From sequence record PQ015379.1: 64,000 bases of DNA. The stretch is one strand, 5' to 3'. Position numbers and translations under genes: made by a program. The notes below the pieces were generated by a model. That model did not search any database. It saw only the letters and a list, made by a program, of their open reading frames with translations, and had not been told where the DNA came from. Below, one piece after another: positions 37,873-47,965 of the stretch; the first letter of the stretch is position 1; the number at the start of each line of letters is the position of its first letter.

Positions 37873-38552
37873 GCAACAAAGTTCTGTTGGCAGGTGCAGC
37901 AGCGGCCTTGGCACTGCTGGGTGGTTGTGACGACAGCCAAAGCGCGTACCCTGACGAAGAGCAGGCGTATGTCGATGAACAAGCGGGTGATGCTACCCGC
38001 AAACAAATGGCCGCCGATCAGGAAGACGCACAAGCCGCGCTGCGCGAGCTTCAGGCGAAAGACCCGAGCGTCAAAGACGTTTACTATTCGGTGAACGAAA
38101 AAGGCGAAAAGGTGTTGAACGTTGTTCGTGAAGAAGCGGACGGCACCAGCAGCAATTCCGTATGGCCAATGGTGGCCGGTGCGGGCCTCGGTGCGCTGGG
38201 CGGCCTCGCCATGGCGAAAATGATGAACCAGAACGGCGGCTATTCGAATTATCAGCAACAGCACGCCCCGCAATACTCGCAACGCTGCGACAACCGCGAC
38301 GAACGCCGCCGCTGCCGTAACGGTGGTTCGGCTGCGTACACCACGGCCCTGATGAACAGCAATCGCAACGCTGTAATGGCCAGCCCGACCTACCGTCAAA
38401 ACATGCAAAACCGTGTGTCGCAGTGGCGCCAATCGCCAAACACTGCACCGGCCTCCGTGCGTGCCGCCACAACTTCGCGTGTCAACGCTGCAATGAGCAC
38501 TGGCGGCGGTGGCCGTTCTGCCTCGCACAGCGTCGGCGGCGGTGGCATGTAA
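37869..38552 (+). CDS. lipoprotein, YgiB/DUF1190-like
   Basis: lipobox LLGGC; internal hydrophobic WPMVAGAGLG; Ser/Gly-rich C-tail; precedes a Gsp synthase as ygiB precedes ygiC. Confidence 0.7.
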   Translation: MSNKVLLAGAAAALALLGGCDDSQSAYPDEEQAYVDEQAGDATRKQMAADQEDAQAALRELQAKDPSVKDVYYSVNEKGEKVLNVVREEADGTSSNSVWPMVAGAGLGALGGLAMAKMMNQNGGYSNYQQQHAPQYSQRCDNRDERRRCRNGGSAAYTTALMNSNRNAVMASPTYRQNMQNRVSQWRQSPNTAPASVRAATTSRVNAAMSTGGGGRSASHSVGGGGM

Positions 38553-38576
38553 TCCCCTTTTACAAGGAATTTCCTA

Positions 38577-39947
38577 ATGCGTTGCGAATACCACAAAATC
38601 AATTTCGATCTGAATCGTTTGATGATCGAAGAACTGCCGTGGACCCAAGCGTTCTACCGTGAAATGCCCAAGCCAGAATCCGAAGCTGATGGCGAATTTC
38701 ACGCGGACGTGAAAGAGTATTTCGGCTATCCACTGGCAAACCAACACGCGATGCCGGTTTACACCGTGCAGCTGAGTTCATGCGCTCAAATCGAAAGCAC
38801 TTTCGAGCAGGTTTACGCGATGCTGGTTGAGGCCGTTGGCCGCCTGTTCAACGAATCGCACGAAACCCTGATGAAATATATGGGCTGCGATTTCCTGAAA
38901 CGCAATCCGCATTTCATCGACTACGCCAAGTGGACCTATCGCGATGCAGGCAGTGCTCGCCAGTCGATCTACGGTCGCTTCGACGCCGCGTTCAATCCTG
39001 ATTCCGAACAAGTAACCGGGATCTACGAATTCAACGCCGATACCCCGACCATGCTTTTCGAATCGGTGCACGTGCAAAACACCGTATGCGAACAGGTGAC
39101 GGGCGAGCACGAATTGCAACTGAACAGCTTCTATCCGTTGCTGCAACAAACCATGGCAGAAATGGGCGCGATTCCGGGCACGGCTGCTGTCGTGTTCGAC
39201 GGCGGCACCTTCGAAGATATGGCGACCTGCGAAACGCTGGCGCAAATTATCGGCGAAGAAAACAACTGCCTGTTCGTCGATGGCCGCGACGTTTCCTACG
39301 ACAACGAATATCCGGAACAACCGTGGTTCGTTGGCGATCAGCAATTGTCGGTTATTTTCAAGCTGATTCCGTGGGAAGAACTGGTCGAGGTTGTTCCGCA
39401 AGCGTGGAAAGACTGGAACGTGTGGGCGCGTAACGTGACGTTCCTTGAGCCTGCATGGCGCTGGTTCATCAGCAACAAAGGCATTTGGGCCTACGTTACG
39501 CACCTGCTGGATAACGACGACGAATTCCACGACAAGCACGGCATGTTGCCGGTGCTGCGTACCTACGTCGAGCCGGATTATTTCCTGAAAAACAAACAGT
39601 CGTACGTGAAGAAACCGAAGATCGGTCGTATGTCGAACAACATCGAAATTTTCGGTGCTGACGGCAAACACACGTTCTCGACTGATGGCGCGTATTCTGG
39701 CGAAGAGTGCGTTTATCAGGAATACCATGCACCGTTCCAAGTGGAAGGCCGCAACAATTTCATCATCGGCATGTTCATGGTGCCGGACGTTGCGTCCAAC
39801 TACATCACGCTCAAGGAAGCCACGGCGGCCACCTTGTGCATTCGCGAATTCGATTCGCCGGTGCTGGGTGTGCGCAACGAAAAATTCATCCCGCACGTGA
39901 TCATTGACGATGTGGATCGTGATGAAGACGGGGAGTTCTACGAATGA
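38577..39947 (+). CDS. glutathionylspermidine synthase-family ATP-grasp ligase (YgiC-like)
   Basis: YGRFD, YEFNADTPT..FES, FKLIPWE, EPAW...SNKG, YVKKP..GR...NI. Confidence 0.92.
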   Translation: MRCEYHKINFDLNRLMIEELPWTQAFYREMPKPESEADGEFHADVKEYFGYPLANQHAMPVYTVQLSSCAQIESTFEQVYAMLVEAVGRLFNESHETLMKYMGCDFLKRNPHFIDYAKWTYRDAGSARQSIYGRFDAAFNPDSEQVTGIYEFNADTPTMLFESVHVQNTVCEQVTGEHELQLNSFYPLLQQTMAEMGAIPGTAAVVFDGGTFEDMATCETLAQIIGEENNCLFVDGRDVSYDNEYPEQPWFVGDQQLSVIFKLIPWEELVEVVPQAWKDWNVWARNVTFLEPAWRWFISNKGIWAYVTHLLDNDDEFHDKHGMLPVLRTYVEPDYFLKNKQSYVKKPKIGRMSNNIEIFGADGKHTFSTDGAYSGEECVYQEYHAPFQVEGRNNFIIGMFMVPDVASNYITLKEATAATLCIREFDSPVLGVRNEKFIPHVIIDDVDRDEDGEFYE

Positions 39948-40198
39948 TCGTGATCATTTGTTGGCTGTTGGTTCTGGCGTGGTTCGGTTACGGGGTGTGG
40001 TATGTGTACGATACCCGCAACGATGATTTCCCTCCGGGCGGTCGTGCGTGGTGGACCCCGATTTTCCTTTTCTTCGTCGGGCTTTGGGCGGCACTGCTGA
40101 TCTTGGGCGATGGCGCCAAAGAAGCCCGGCGTCGGGCACGTTGCTACGTGCGTGATCGTGATCGAAATACCGCAACAAACAATAACTGTAAACACTGA
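39944..40198 (+). CDS. small membrane protein (2 TM)
   Basis: GGGAG SD; hydrophobic. Confidence 0.7.
   Translation: MIVIICWLLVLAWFGYGVWYVYDTRNDDFPPGGRAWWTPIFLFFVGLWAALLILGDGAKEARRRARCYVRDRDRNTATNNNCKH
40185..40194 (+). promoter_or_regulatory. ACTGTAAA(Y)A motif copy
   Basis: ACTGTAAACA directly before hairpin module 2. Confidence 0.45.
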
Positions 40199-40200
40199 AC

Positions 40201-40242
40201 GGGTGTTGCCTTCGGGCACACCCTGTGGAAGGTACAATGAAA
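40201..40242 (+). promoter_or_regulatory. UUCG hairpin + AAGGTACAATGAAA module, copy 2
   Basis: GGGTGTTGCC-TTCG-GGCACACCC, then AAGGTACAATGAAA. Confidence 0.5.
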
Positions 40243-40488
40243 TATCTGGTTGTTTTGCTGGCGCTGCTGTTGGCCGGTTGTGGTGATTCCGCCCGTACCG
40301 AAACCAAGTGGGCACTGGAACGCCAGCAAGAAAAAATCAAACGCACGATCCAAGCGCAGCGTTACTGCCTTGACCGTGGGATGATGGTTGAAACGGAACG
40401 CCCTCGGCCCTCGCTTGGGCGTCACGTCGAAGGCCATAATGCTGTTTGTCGTAAAACCGATGGCACTGTCGTTTATGTAAAAGGGTAA
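40237..40488 (+). CDS. small lipoprotein
   Basis: MKYLVVLLALLLAGC lipobox. Confidence 0.75.
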   Translation: MKYLVVLLALLLAGCGDSARTETKWALERQQEKIKRTIQAQRYCLDRGMMVETERPRPSLGRHVEGHNAVCRKTDGTVVYVKG

Positions 40489-40492
40489 TTTT

Positions 40493-40798
40493 ATGTCGCA
40501 AATTCCGTTCCGTGTTTTCGCCCGCGTTCCGGCGCCCGGCGTGAAGCCCGACGAAATGTTCATCCCGCAATACCTCGAAGGCGGTCAGTGGCGCAGCTTC
40601 AGCGAACACGGTATCCGCAAAGTGACGTTCGCCACCGAGCAGAAAGCACACCTGTACATCATCGGTTTCATTAAGAAAAAACTGGAACAAAACAAACGGC
40701 GTATCGAACTGCTGGAGCGTGAGACAGACAGCCTCACGGAAAACCTGCATGACCTCAACGCCCAACTGATCGGCATTAACGCACGGACCCCACAATGA
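40493..40798 (+). CDS. hypothetical protein with coiled coil
   Basis: 101-aa ORF. Confidence 0.7.
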   Translation: MSQIPFRVFARVPAPGVKPDEMFIPQYLEGGQWRSFSEHGIRKVTFATEQKAHLYIIGFIKKKLEQNKRRIELLERETDSLTENLHDLNAQLIGINARTPQ

Positions 40799-41112
40799 GC
40801 GACGGTTCTTTCAAATACATCGTGTTCGGCGCCACGAACAAAAACGGCGAAGAATTCGAAATCCCTGTGCTGTTCCCGAAATACCTGACGCACGCCGACA
40901 TGTGCGAAGCGTCGAAAATGGTCATGTTTCGCGACGACTACAGCGACCTCACGCCGGGGCCAGCAATCAGTGCCGGTTTCTGCTGCGTCGGCCAAAAAGG
41001 CATCGAGTGTTTTGGTGAATCCGAATCGCTGAAAAAGAAATCGCGTGGTGAACAAGACAGCAAGCTGTTCGCCCAGTACAACACCTACGGCCACGGACGG
41101 GTGCGCAAATGA
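40795..41112 (+). CDS. hypothetical protein, paralog of 31849..32202
   Basis: KYIVF..EIPVLFP..ISAGF..GESESL..SRGEQD. Confidence 0.75.
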   Translation: MSDGSFKYIVFGATNKNGEEFEIPVLFPKYLTHADMCEASKMVMFRDDYSDLTPGPAISAGFCCVGQKGIECFGESESLKKKSRGEQDSKLFAQYNTYGHGRVRK

Positions 41113-41972
41113 AATCCTTCGATCTTCCGATTCAAAATGATCGCCGTCTGAACCTGATTCGCCTGTTGCAGGAAGCCGGGTTCACCGTGCAATCGCCGTG
41201 GCCCTTCGACCGCGCCGATCACGGTTATTGGCCACCGACCATCATTTCCAAAGGCGAGTTGGTAATCACCACACGGGAAGTCGAAGAAACCCGCAAAGAT
41301 TCGAATTTCCGTTTCACCAACTGCCGGACAAAAATCACCCGCAACATGTCAAACGAACGGATGGTCGATGCCCTGCTGGCGGCGGCCCTGTTCCACGAAC
41401 GTTTGCCGGAACTGTTCGAAGAATTCGTGCAGGATGTTTTCGCCCTGTTCAACGCCACCGGTACAGCGGTCGATATGAGCCGTTCTGAGCAAGGGGCAAC
41501 CGCCGATCAGCAGTGGGCATCATTTGCTATTGGCGAGCACGAAATCTGTGAAGTTGGTATCGACATGCGCGGACACACAGGCACCAATTTCAGCGTGTAC
41601 TTCCCGCACATCAACTGGATCGACTCCCGCAAATACCACGACGAAGACGATGGCTCCAAACAAGACCCCAACGTTTTCGGGCTGATGCTGCTGGTGGATT
41701 CGGCGGCGGAAATTCTGCCCGCGTTGGACCAAAAACGTCCGTATTTCGCGGCACGCAAACGCATGTTCGAAAACAAAGAAATGGTCACGCTGTGCCAGCC
41801 GGGTTTCTTTGCCGACGCCATTCTGCGTTACGGCGTAACCGGCATGGCCGTAAAGAAATCGCAGTCGTATCGCGAAAGCCCATGCCCGTTCACCTGCTAC
41901 CTGATCGACCGCGAACCCGAAGAACATGACGTGTTCGCAATTCAATTCAAAAACGTGCCTGTGGAACTGTGA
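41109..41972 (+). CDS. hypothetical protein, probable ~280-aa family member
   Basis: 287 aa; LQEAGF, HERLPELF, ILRYG echo 34426/35253. Confidence 0.8.
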   Translation: MKSFDLPIQNDRRLNLIRLLQEAGFTVQSPWPFDRADHGYWPPTIISKGELVITTREVEETRKDSNFRFTNCRTKITRNMSNERMVDALLAAALFHERLPELFEEFVQDVFALFNATGTAVDMSRSEQGATADQQWASFAIGEHEICEVGIDMRGHTGTNFSVYFPHINWIDSRKYHDEDDGSKQDPNVFGLMLLVDSAAEILPALDQKRPYFAARKRMFENKEMVTLCQPGFFADAILRYGVTGMAVKKSQSYRESPCPFTCYLIDREPEEHDVFAIQFKNVPVEL

Positions 41973-42145
41973 TGGAAAACAAATACGAAAACGCGATCAA
42001 AGAAATGGAAGAACGCAAGCTGCGTGTGTGCTTTCTGGACCGTACCATTTCGCACCCCGGTTTCACCATGTACTGGGCGTGGGGCCGCAACGGCCTGACG
42101 TTCCTTGAAGCGCTGAGTCAAGCTATCGCAGACATGGATGCATGA
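41972..42145 (+). CDS. 57-aa hypothetical protein (below ORF-track cutoff)
   Basis: TGATG coupling; MENKYENAIKEMEERKLRVCF...; typical codon usage. Confidence 0.55.
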   Translation: MENKYENAIKEMEERKLRVCFLDRTISHPGFTMYWAWGRNGLTFLEALSQAIADMDA

Positions 42146-42153
42146 CCTGCAAA

Positions 42154-42163
42154 ACTGTAAACA
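42154..42163 (+). promoter_or_regulatory. ACTGTAAA(Y)A motif copy
   Basis: fully intergenic, ~70 nt upstream of Nudix gene 42230. Confidence 0.5.
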
Positions 42164-42229
42164 ATCCCTGAGCGCAGTAATTTAGTAGGGATGGGGTAGA
42201 ACCCGTTCCATTAACTAACAAGGGGCTGT

Positions 42230-42754
42230 ATGGAAATGCAGGTTGAACTCCAAATCGCCGTTGCAAAATCCAAGTCGAAGAAAAAGGAAAAGGTCCGCGA
42301 ACAATCGGGCTGCATTCCTTACCGCGACAAAGACGGCAAGCGTCAAGTGTTGTTGGTCAAGAAACTGAAAAAAGGTGCGTGGTGGGGCTTCACCAAAGGC
42401 GGCCAAGAAAAACATCTGGACCCACGTGAAAACGCGGCGAAAGAATGCTTCGAGGAAGCTGGCGTCACCGGCACCGTGACCAAAAAAATCGGCAAGTTCG
42501 AGTACAAAAAAGACGGCATGCAGCAAAAGGTTGTCATGTACGCCATGGAGTTCCACACGGCACTCGACGACTGGCAAGAAAAGCACATGCGCAAACGCAA
42601 GTGGTTCGATCTGCCGGAAGCCCGCGACAAGCTGAGCCGCGAGCATCACAAACTTCTGGATGAAATCAAGAAACTCCCGAAGAAAGAAAAGACCAAAATC
42701 AAACCGCTTTCCCCGGCCACTATCAAGCCGAAGAAAATCAAGAAAGCAGCGTAA
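42230..42754 (+). CDS. Nudix hydrolase (Ap6A/DIPP-like) with basic termini
   Basis: KGGQEKHLDPRENAAKECFEEAGV; WQE..MRKRKW. Confidence 0.9.
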   Translation: MEMQVELQIAVAKSKSKKKEKVREQSGCIPYRDKDGKRQVLLVKKLKKGAWWGFTKGGQEKHLDPRENAAKECFEEAGVTGTVTKKIGKFEYKKDGMQQKVVMYAMEFHTALDDWQEKHMRKRKWFDLPEARDKLSREHHKLLDEIKKLPKKEKTKIKPLSPATIKPKKIKKAA

Positions 42755-42760
42755 AACCAA

Positions 42761-42784
42761 GATGGCGTCCTTCGGGGCGCCATC
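42761..42784 (+). other. intergenic UUCG hairpin without U-tract
   Basis: GATGGCGTCC-TTCG-GGGCGCCATC. Confidence 0.65.
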
Positions 42785-42806
42785 GCACTTTCTGGCGAGG
42801 CAAAAT

Positions 42807-43106
42807 ATGAACGTGAATCCGTTTGCGGTAGCTACGTCGCTGGTTGGCAAATTGACTTCGTACAACATCGACTACACGATCACCAGCGGCAATCTGCTGA
42901 ATCTGCCCAAGGATAAACCCAGCTGCGTGCAACTCGAAATCACGACCAGCAAGGCGCGTGTGGTAATTCGCATTTTCGCCAATTGTTTTGTCGAAGTTGA
43001 CCAGCTGGAAAACAAGGACAGTAAGGCGCTGTGGTCGATCATGGAAATTTTCCTGAAAACCATCCTCGGCCCGGCCAGCGCTGGCTACCTCATTCACCAC
43101 GGCTGA
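42807..43106 (+). CDS. hypothetical protein
   Basis: GAGG SD before ATG 42807. Confidence 0.7.
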   Translation: MNVNPFAVATSLVGKLTSYNIDYTITSGNLLNLPKDKPSCVQLEITTSKARVVIRIFANCFVEVDQLENKDSKALWSIMEIFLKTILGPASAGYLIHHG

Positions 43107-43116
43107 GGCCTAACAA

Positions 43117-43452
43117 ATGTCTGATCGTATCCCAACACCGGGCGAAGTTCTGGACGTGCTACGCCGCATGATCCTAAAAGAAAACTACGGCTACGAAATC
43201 AAGGACACCGTTCTCGATTGCGGCGATGCCAAGTGGGCCTCACGTGGCGTTTATTCCAGCGACGGGCAGGTCGCTTGCCATTTCGATTTGCAGGCTGCAC
43301 AGTACGAATTTCTGCGCCTCAAAATCGTAGGCAATCCGCGCCGCCGCGAGTGGACCGAAGGCGTGGTGCATAGTTTCGAATTGCTTTATAACTCGGTCCC
43401 CGATTCGCACAAACGCCAAGCGCTCGACACACTCGCTAAGGAAAGTCACTGA
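43117..43452 (+). CDS. hypothetical protein
   Basis: GAGG SD. Confidence 0.7.
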   Translation: MSDRIPTPGEVLDVLRRMILKENYGYEIKDTVLDCGDAKWASRGVYSSDGQVACHFDLQAAQYEFLRLKIVGNPRRREWTEGVVHSFELLYNSVPDSHKRQALDTLAKESH

Positions 43453-44120
43453 TGCTTTACGATGAATTCCTCGAACACTGTGAAAAATTGTTTGGTTCCA
43501 AGATCGACAAGATCAATGCCGACCTCACGGTGCTGCATTCTGAGGTCGGTACGCTGCGCATCGAGTTCAGCGCGTACAACGAAAAGCTGATCGACAAAAT
43601 CGAATTCACGTACACGGGCGCGACCCTGAAATTCCAGCCGCCATTCACCCGTGAACGTCTGTACGAATTTGAGCACATTTTCGACAACATCCAGTACGCC
43701 TACGTGGGCCGCCAGCTGGTGCGTCAACGTGAAATCGAGGCCATCGAGCAATACATTCTGCAACTCGAAGAAATCCGCAAAGCCCCGGTGGAATACAAAC
43801 GCGATTTCGACAAGCCAATGCCGAGCGTGCGCGCCGTGTTGCAGGGGTCCGATATCAACCTGCTGTACGTGTACCCGAGCGGCATTCGCTACGAACCTTC
43901 GGGGCGCGTGACGAAGAAAACGGGCGGCGCCCTGCGCATGTGCGGTGAAGTGGCCAAGCTGATTTACAAGCCGTTCACCGAGCACACCAAAGTGCATTTC
44001 AAATATAACGGCTCGAAACGCATCGATCTTTTCGTGAGTGAAGGCGTACGTTACGTGGTGCCGAATGCTGCTGACGGCAATCCTTACATCGAAGTAGGAA
44101 CCCCGAATGAACAACCTTAA
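43452..44120 (+). CDS. hypothetical protein
   Basis: 222 aa, AAGGA SD. Confidence 0.8.
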   Translation: MLYDEFLEHCEKLFGSKIDKINADLTVLHSEVGTLRIEFSAYNEKLIDKIEFTYTGATLKFQPPFTRERLYEFEHIFDNIQYAYVGRQLVRQREIEAIEQYILQLEEIRKAPVEYKRDFDKPMPSVRAVLQGSDINLLYVYPSGIRYEPSGRVTKKTGGALRMCGEVAKLIYKPFTEHTKVHFKYNGSKRIDLFVSEGVRYVVPNAADGNPYIEVGTPNEQP

Positions 44121-44499
44121 AACAGACGGGTACGAACTGCCGACGCTGGAAGAAATCGGGCGTGAAATGATCGCGCAAATCATCTGGCATAAACGCGAAG
44201 ACCCACGGGCCAAGCTGAGCGGCGCCGTTCGACATAGCGCCCCACTGCACAATCAGGAGCCGTACGTCGTGGTCGAAATGCAGTCGGACAATTACCACTC
44301 TTTCGACTTCACGATTTATCTGAATTGGAAAGGTGAACAACTGGAATTGACCCACGGTGGCCGTAGCGGTTCGCTGGGCGGGTTCTGCAAAGGTTACGCA
44401 GACGGCTTCGTGCTGTGTTTCAACGCCGTTCCACCTGACCCCATGAAAGATGCGCTGAAAAAATTCGAGGCCAAACGTGCAGAACCACACCCCAATTGA
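44107..44499 (+). CDS. hypothetical protein
   Basis: 130 aa, AGGA SD. Confidence 0.7.
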   Translation: MNNLKTDGYELPTLEEIGREMIAQIIWHKREDPRAKLSGAVRHSAPLHNQEPYVVVEMQSDNYHSFDFTIYLNWKGEQLELTHGGRSGSLGGFCKGYADGFVLCFNAVPPDPMKDALKKFEAKRAEPHPN

Positions 44500-44839
44500 T
44501 ATTTGCAAAGCCGTCATGCGCGGGCTGTCCAAAGAATTTCCCGCCGTGATGTTCAGCCCACGCACCAGCTGCGTGCACAGCAAAAACGGCACCGGCTGGG
44601 AAAGCGCGGACCTTGTGCTGTATGCACACAACGACACCGAACTGGAATTGCGCCTGAGCGCCAAGGTCACGGGCGATTACACGCTGTCGGTGCACGATGG
44701 CCAGCAGATGGTCGTGATCGAAGCCAGCGAATTGCCGTCGAATAAATACGCGTATGTGATCACTGATTTTTACCGCCAGTACCGTGAGGTGCCTGCGGCT
44801 GATCGCGCCGCGTTCGTGGCCACCTACGCAAAACTGTAA
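44477..44839 (+). CDS. hypothetical protein
   Basis: 120 aa, GAGG before GTG. Confidence 0.7.
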   Translation: MQNHTPIDICKAVMRGLSKEFPAVMFSPRTSCVHSKNGTGWESADLVLYAHNDTELELRLSAKVTGDYTLSVHDGQQMVVIEASELPSNKYAYVITDFYRQYREVPAADRAAFVATYAKL

Positions 44840-44842
44840 ACA
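44833..44842 (+). promoter_or_regulatory. ACTGTAAA(Y)A motif copy
   Basis: ACTGTAAACA; overlaps the stop; ~55 nt before ATG 44895. Confidence 0.45.
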
Positions 44843-44894
44843 CTACTTGCAACACCCGCTGTACCCTACCCTAACGTAAGACAAAGGATACACC

Positions 44895-45602
44895 ATGACC
44901 AAAGCAGCACAAGAAGCAATCAACAAATACACCACCGGTTTCCTGCTGGGCGACTTCCTGTCGAAAATGGGTTCGTTGATCGGTTCGCGTGATTCGTTCG
45001 AGGAAAGCGAAAGCGCGGTCAAAGATTTTGGCGGCGAAACCCGCTGGGTCTACCGCAACACCGGCCCGTACGGCGCGCTGACCATCACCGTGAATTCGTT
45101 CGAAAACACGATCTACGTCAAGTACCGCTCCGGCGCTGAAATGACCCGCTCGGATCGTTTCCAAGTTGACGGCCAAGCAAACTTCGCTTTCTCGCAATTC
45201 ATGGCGACTTTCGAAAAACGTGTGGCCATTGCCAAGGTCTGGCACAAGGGCGCAGTAGCCATCGCCGAAGAACTGCTGGCCACCGTTCCGACCAACGCTT
45301 TCCGCCATGACGTGATCCGCCGTCCGTCGTATGAAAAATCGTATCCGTTCTGCGATTTCGTGCTGAAAGAATTCCCCGACGTGTGCATGCTGCGCGTGGC
45401 TCACGATGGTTTCTCGCTGTGGCAGAACGGCGAATTCCAGCGCGTTGAAAAATGGTCGGATATCGACACCCGTCCGATCACCGAAGTGCTGGAAGGCGAA
45501 GTGCAGTCCATGTGGCGCCTCGGCACCGGTATCCTGTTCACCAGCGGTACTTTCGAGCGTACCGAACAAGGTATCAAATTCGTTCCCGTAAAACGCGGGT
45601 AA
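44895..45602 (+). CDS. hypothetical protein
   Basis: 235 aa, AAGGA SD. Confidence 0.8.
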   Translation: MTKAAQEAINKYTTGFLLGDFLSKMGSLIGSRDSFEESESAVKDFGGETRWVYRNTGPYGALTITVNSFENTIYVKYRSGAEMTRSDRFQVDGQANFAFSQFMATFEKRVAIAKVWHKGAVAIAEELLATVPTNAFRHDVIRRPSYEKSYPFCDFVLKEFPDVCMLRVAHDGFSLWQNGEFQRVEKWSDIDTRPITEVLEGEVQSMWRLGTGILFTSGTFERTEQGIKFVPVKRG

Positions 45603-47068
<1,466 letters not shown>

Positions 47069-47070
47069 TA

Positions 47071-47352
47071 ATGCGTGAACCTCTTTGGTCGTTAAAGGAT
47101 CTGGCGGGCCATACGAAGGTCGCGTACGCCACGTTGCAAAGCCGGTCGAAGACTGATCGGCAGCGGGCGTCAAACCCGTTCCCGCAACAGAAACATTTCG
47201 ACAGTAAATTTAGCGGTTTCAACGGCCACAACTACGCCGAGCGGATCAAAGGCCTGTGCGGTTCCGGAACCGCAAGTCGCTACAAGAAATCGGAACTGCT
47301 AGCGTGGTTTAACGCTGAAGATCAGCACAAACCTTTCAAGCGAGAATCGTGA
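47071..47352 (+). CDS. Xis/MerR-like winged-HTH protein, paralog A
   Basis: WSLKDLAGHTKVAYATLQSR...YKKSELLAWF. Confidence 0.7.
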   Translation: MREPLWSLKDLAGHTKVAYATLQSRSKTDRQRASNPFPQQKHFDSKFSGFNGHNYAERIKGLCGSGTASRYKKSELLAWFNAEDQHKPFKRES

Positions 47353-47636
47353 TGGAAACTCTATCGACCACCGAACTGGCGGCCCAAATGGGCGTTACCC
47401 ACTCGGCCATCCAGTGTCGCCTCATTGCCGCAAATTTCCGTAAGCGTCCGAAGGGCATCACCACGCCCCCGGATGAACTCGATATTATCACCGAGGAAAA
47501 CGAAGGCATTGGTTTGTTCGGGCAGGGCAACAAACGCCCATGGCCCAAGTATTACGAAAAAGCGGCGTTGCTCAAGTGGTACGAAACTGAAAACGCACGC
47601 GTTCCGTTCCATAGGCTGAAACGTCGTAAGACCTGA
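47349..47636 (+). CDS. Xis/MerR-like winged-HTH protein, paralog B
   Basis: LSTTELAAQMGVTHSAIQCR...YEKAALLKWY. Confidence 0.7.
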   Translation: MMETLSTTELAAQMGVTHSAIQCRLIAANFRKRPKGITTPPDELDIITEENEGIGLFGQGNKRPWPKYYEKAALLKWYETENARVPFHRLKRRKT

Positions 47637-47965
47637 TGGCCGGGTTGTTCGGAAATACTGGGCAAATCAAGATCGGGAAAGTCAGTGATCCGCCGTTAGC
47701 TGGTTGGCTAGACGTACGCGTTGATCGCAAGACAATTTTCGGAAACAAATTCCCGATCAGTCAAACCGGATCACGGGCAAAAAGCTGTGCGCTGTATGAC
47801 GCATGGGCCGCCCGGCGAATGAAGGCCCAAAAGAAATACTGGTCCCGTATCGAGAAGCTGCGCGCCCTGTACAGGTCCGGTCAAAATATCCGATTGCTGT
47901 GCCACTGCTGGCCAAAACAATGCCACGCACAAACAATCCAACGTTTGATAATGAGGAACGTATGA
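47636..47965 (+). CDS. DUF4326-family protein
   Basis: VRVDRKTIFGNKF...R..SC..Y...LLCHCWPKQCHAQTI. Confidence 0.75.
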   Translation: MAGLFGNTGQIKIGKVSDPPLAGWLDVRVDRKTIFGNKFPISQTGSRAKSCALYDAWAARRMKAQKKYWSRIEKLRALYRSGQNIRLLCHCWPKQCHAQTIQRLIMRNV

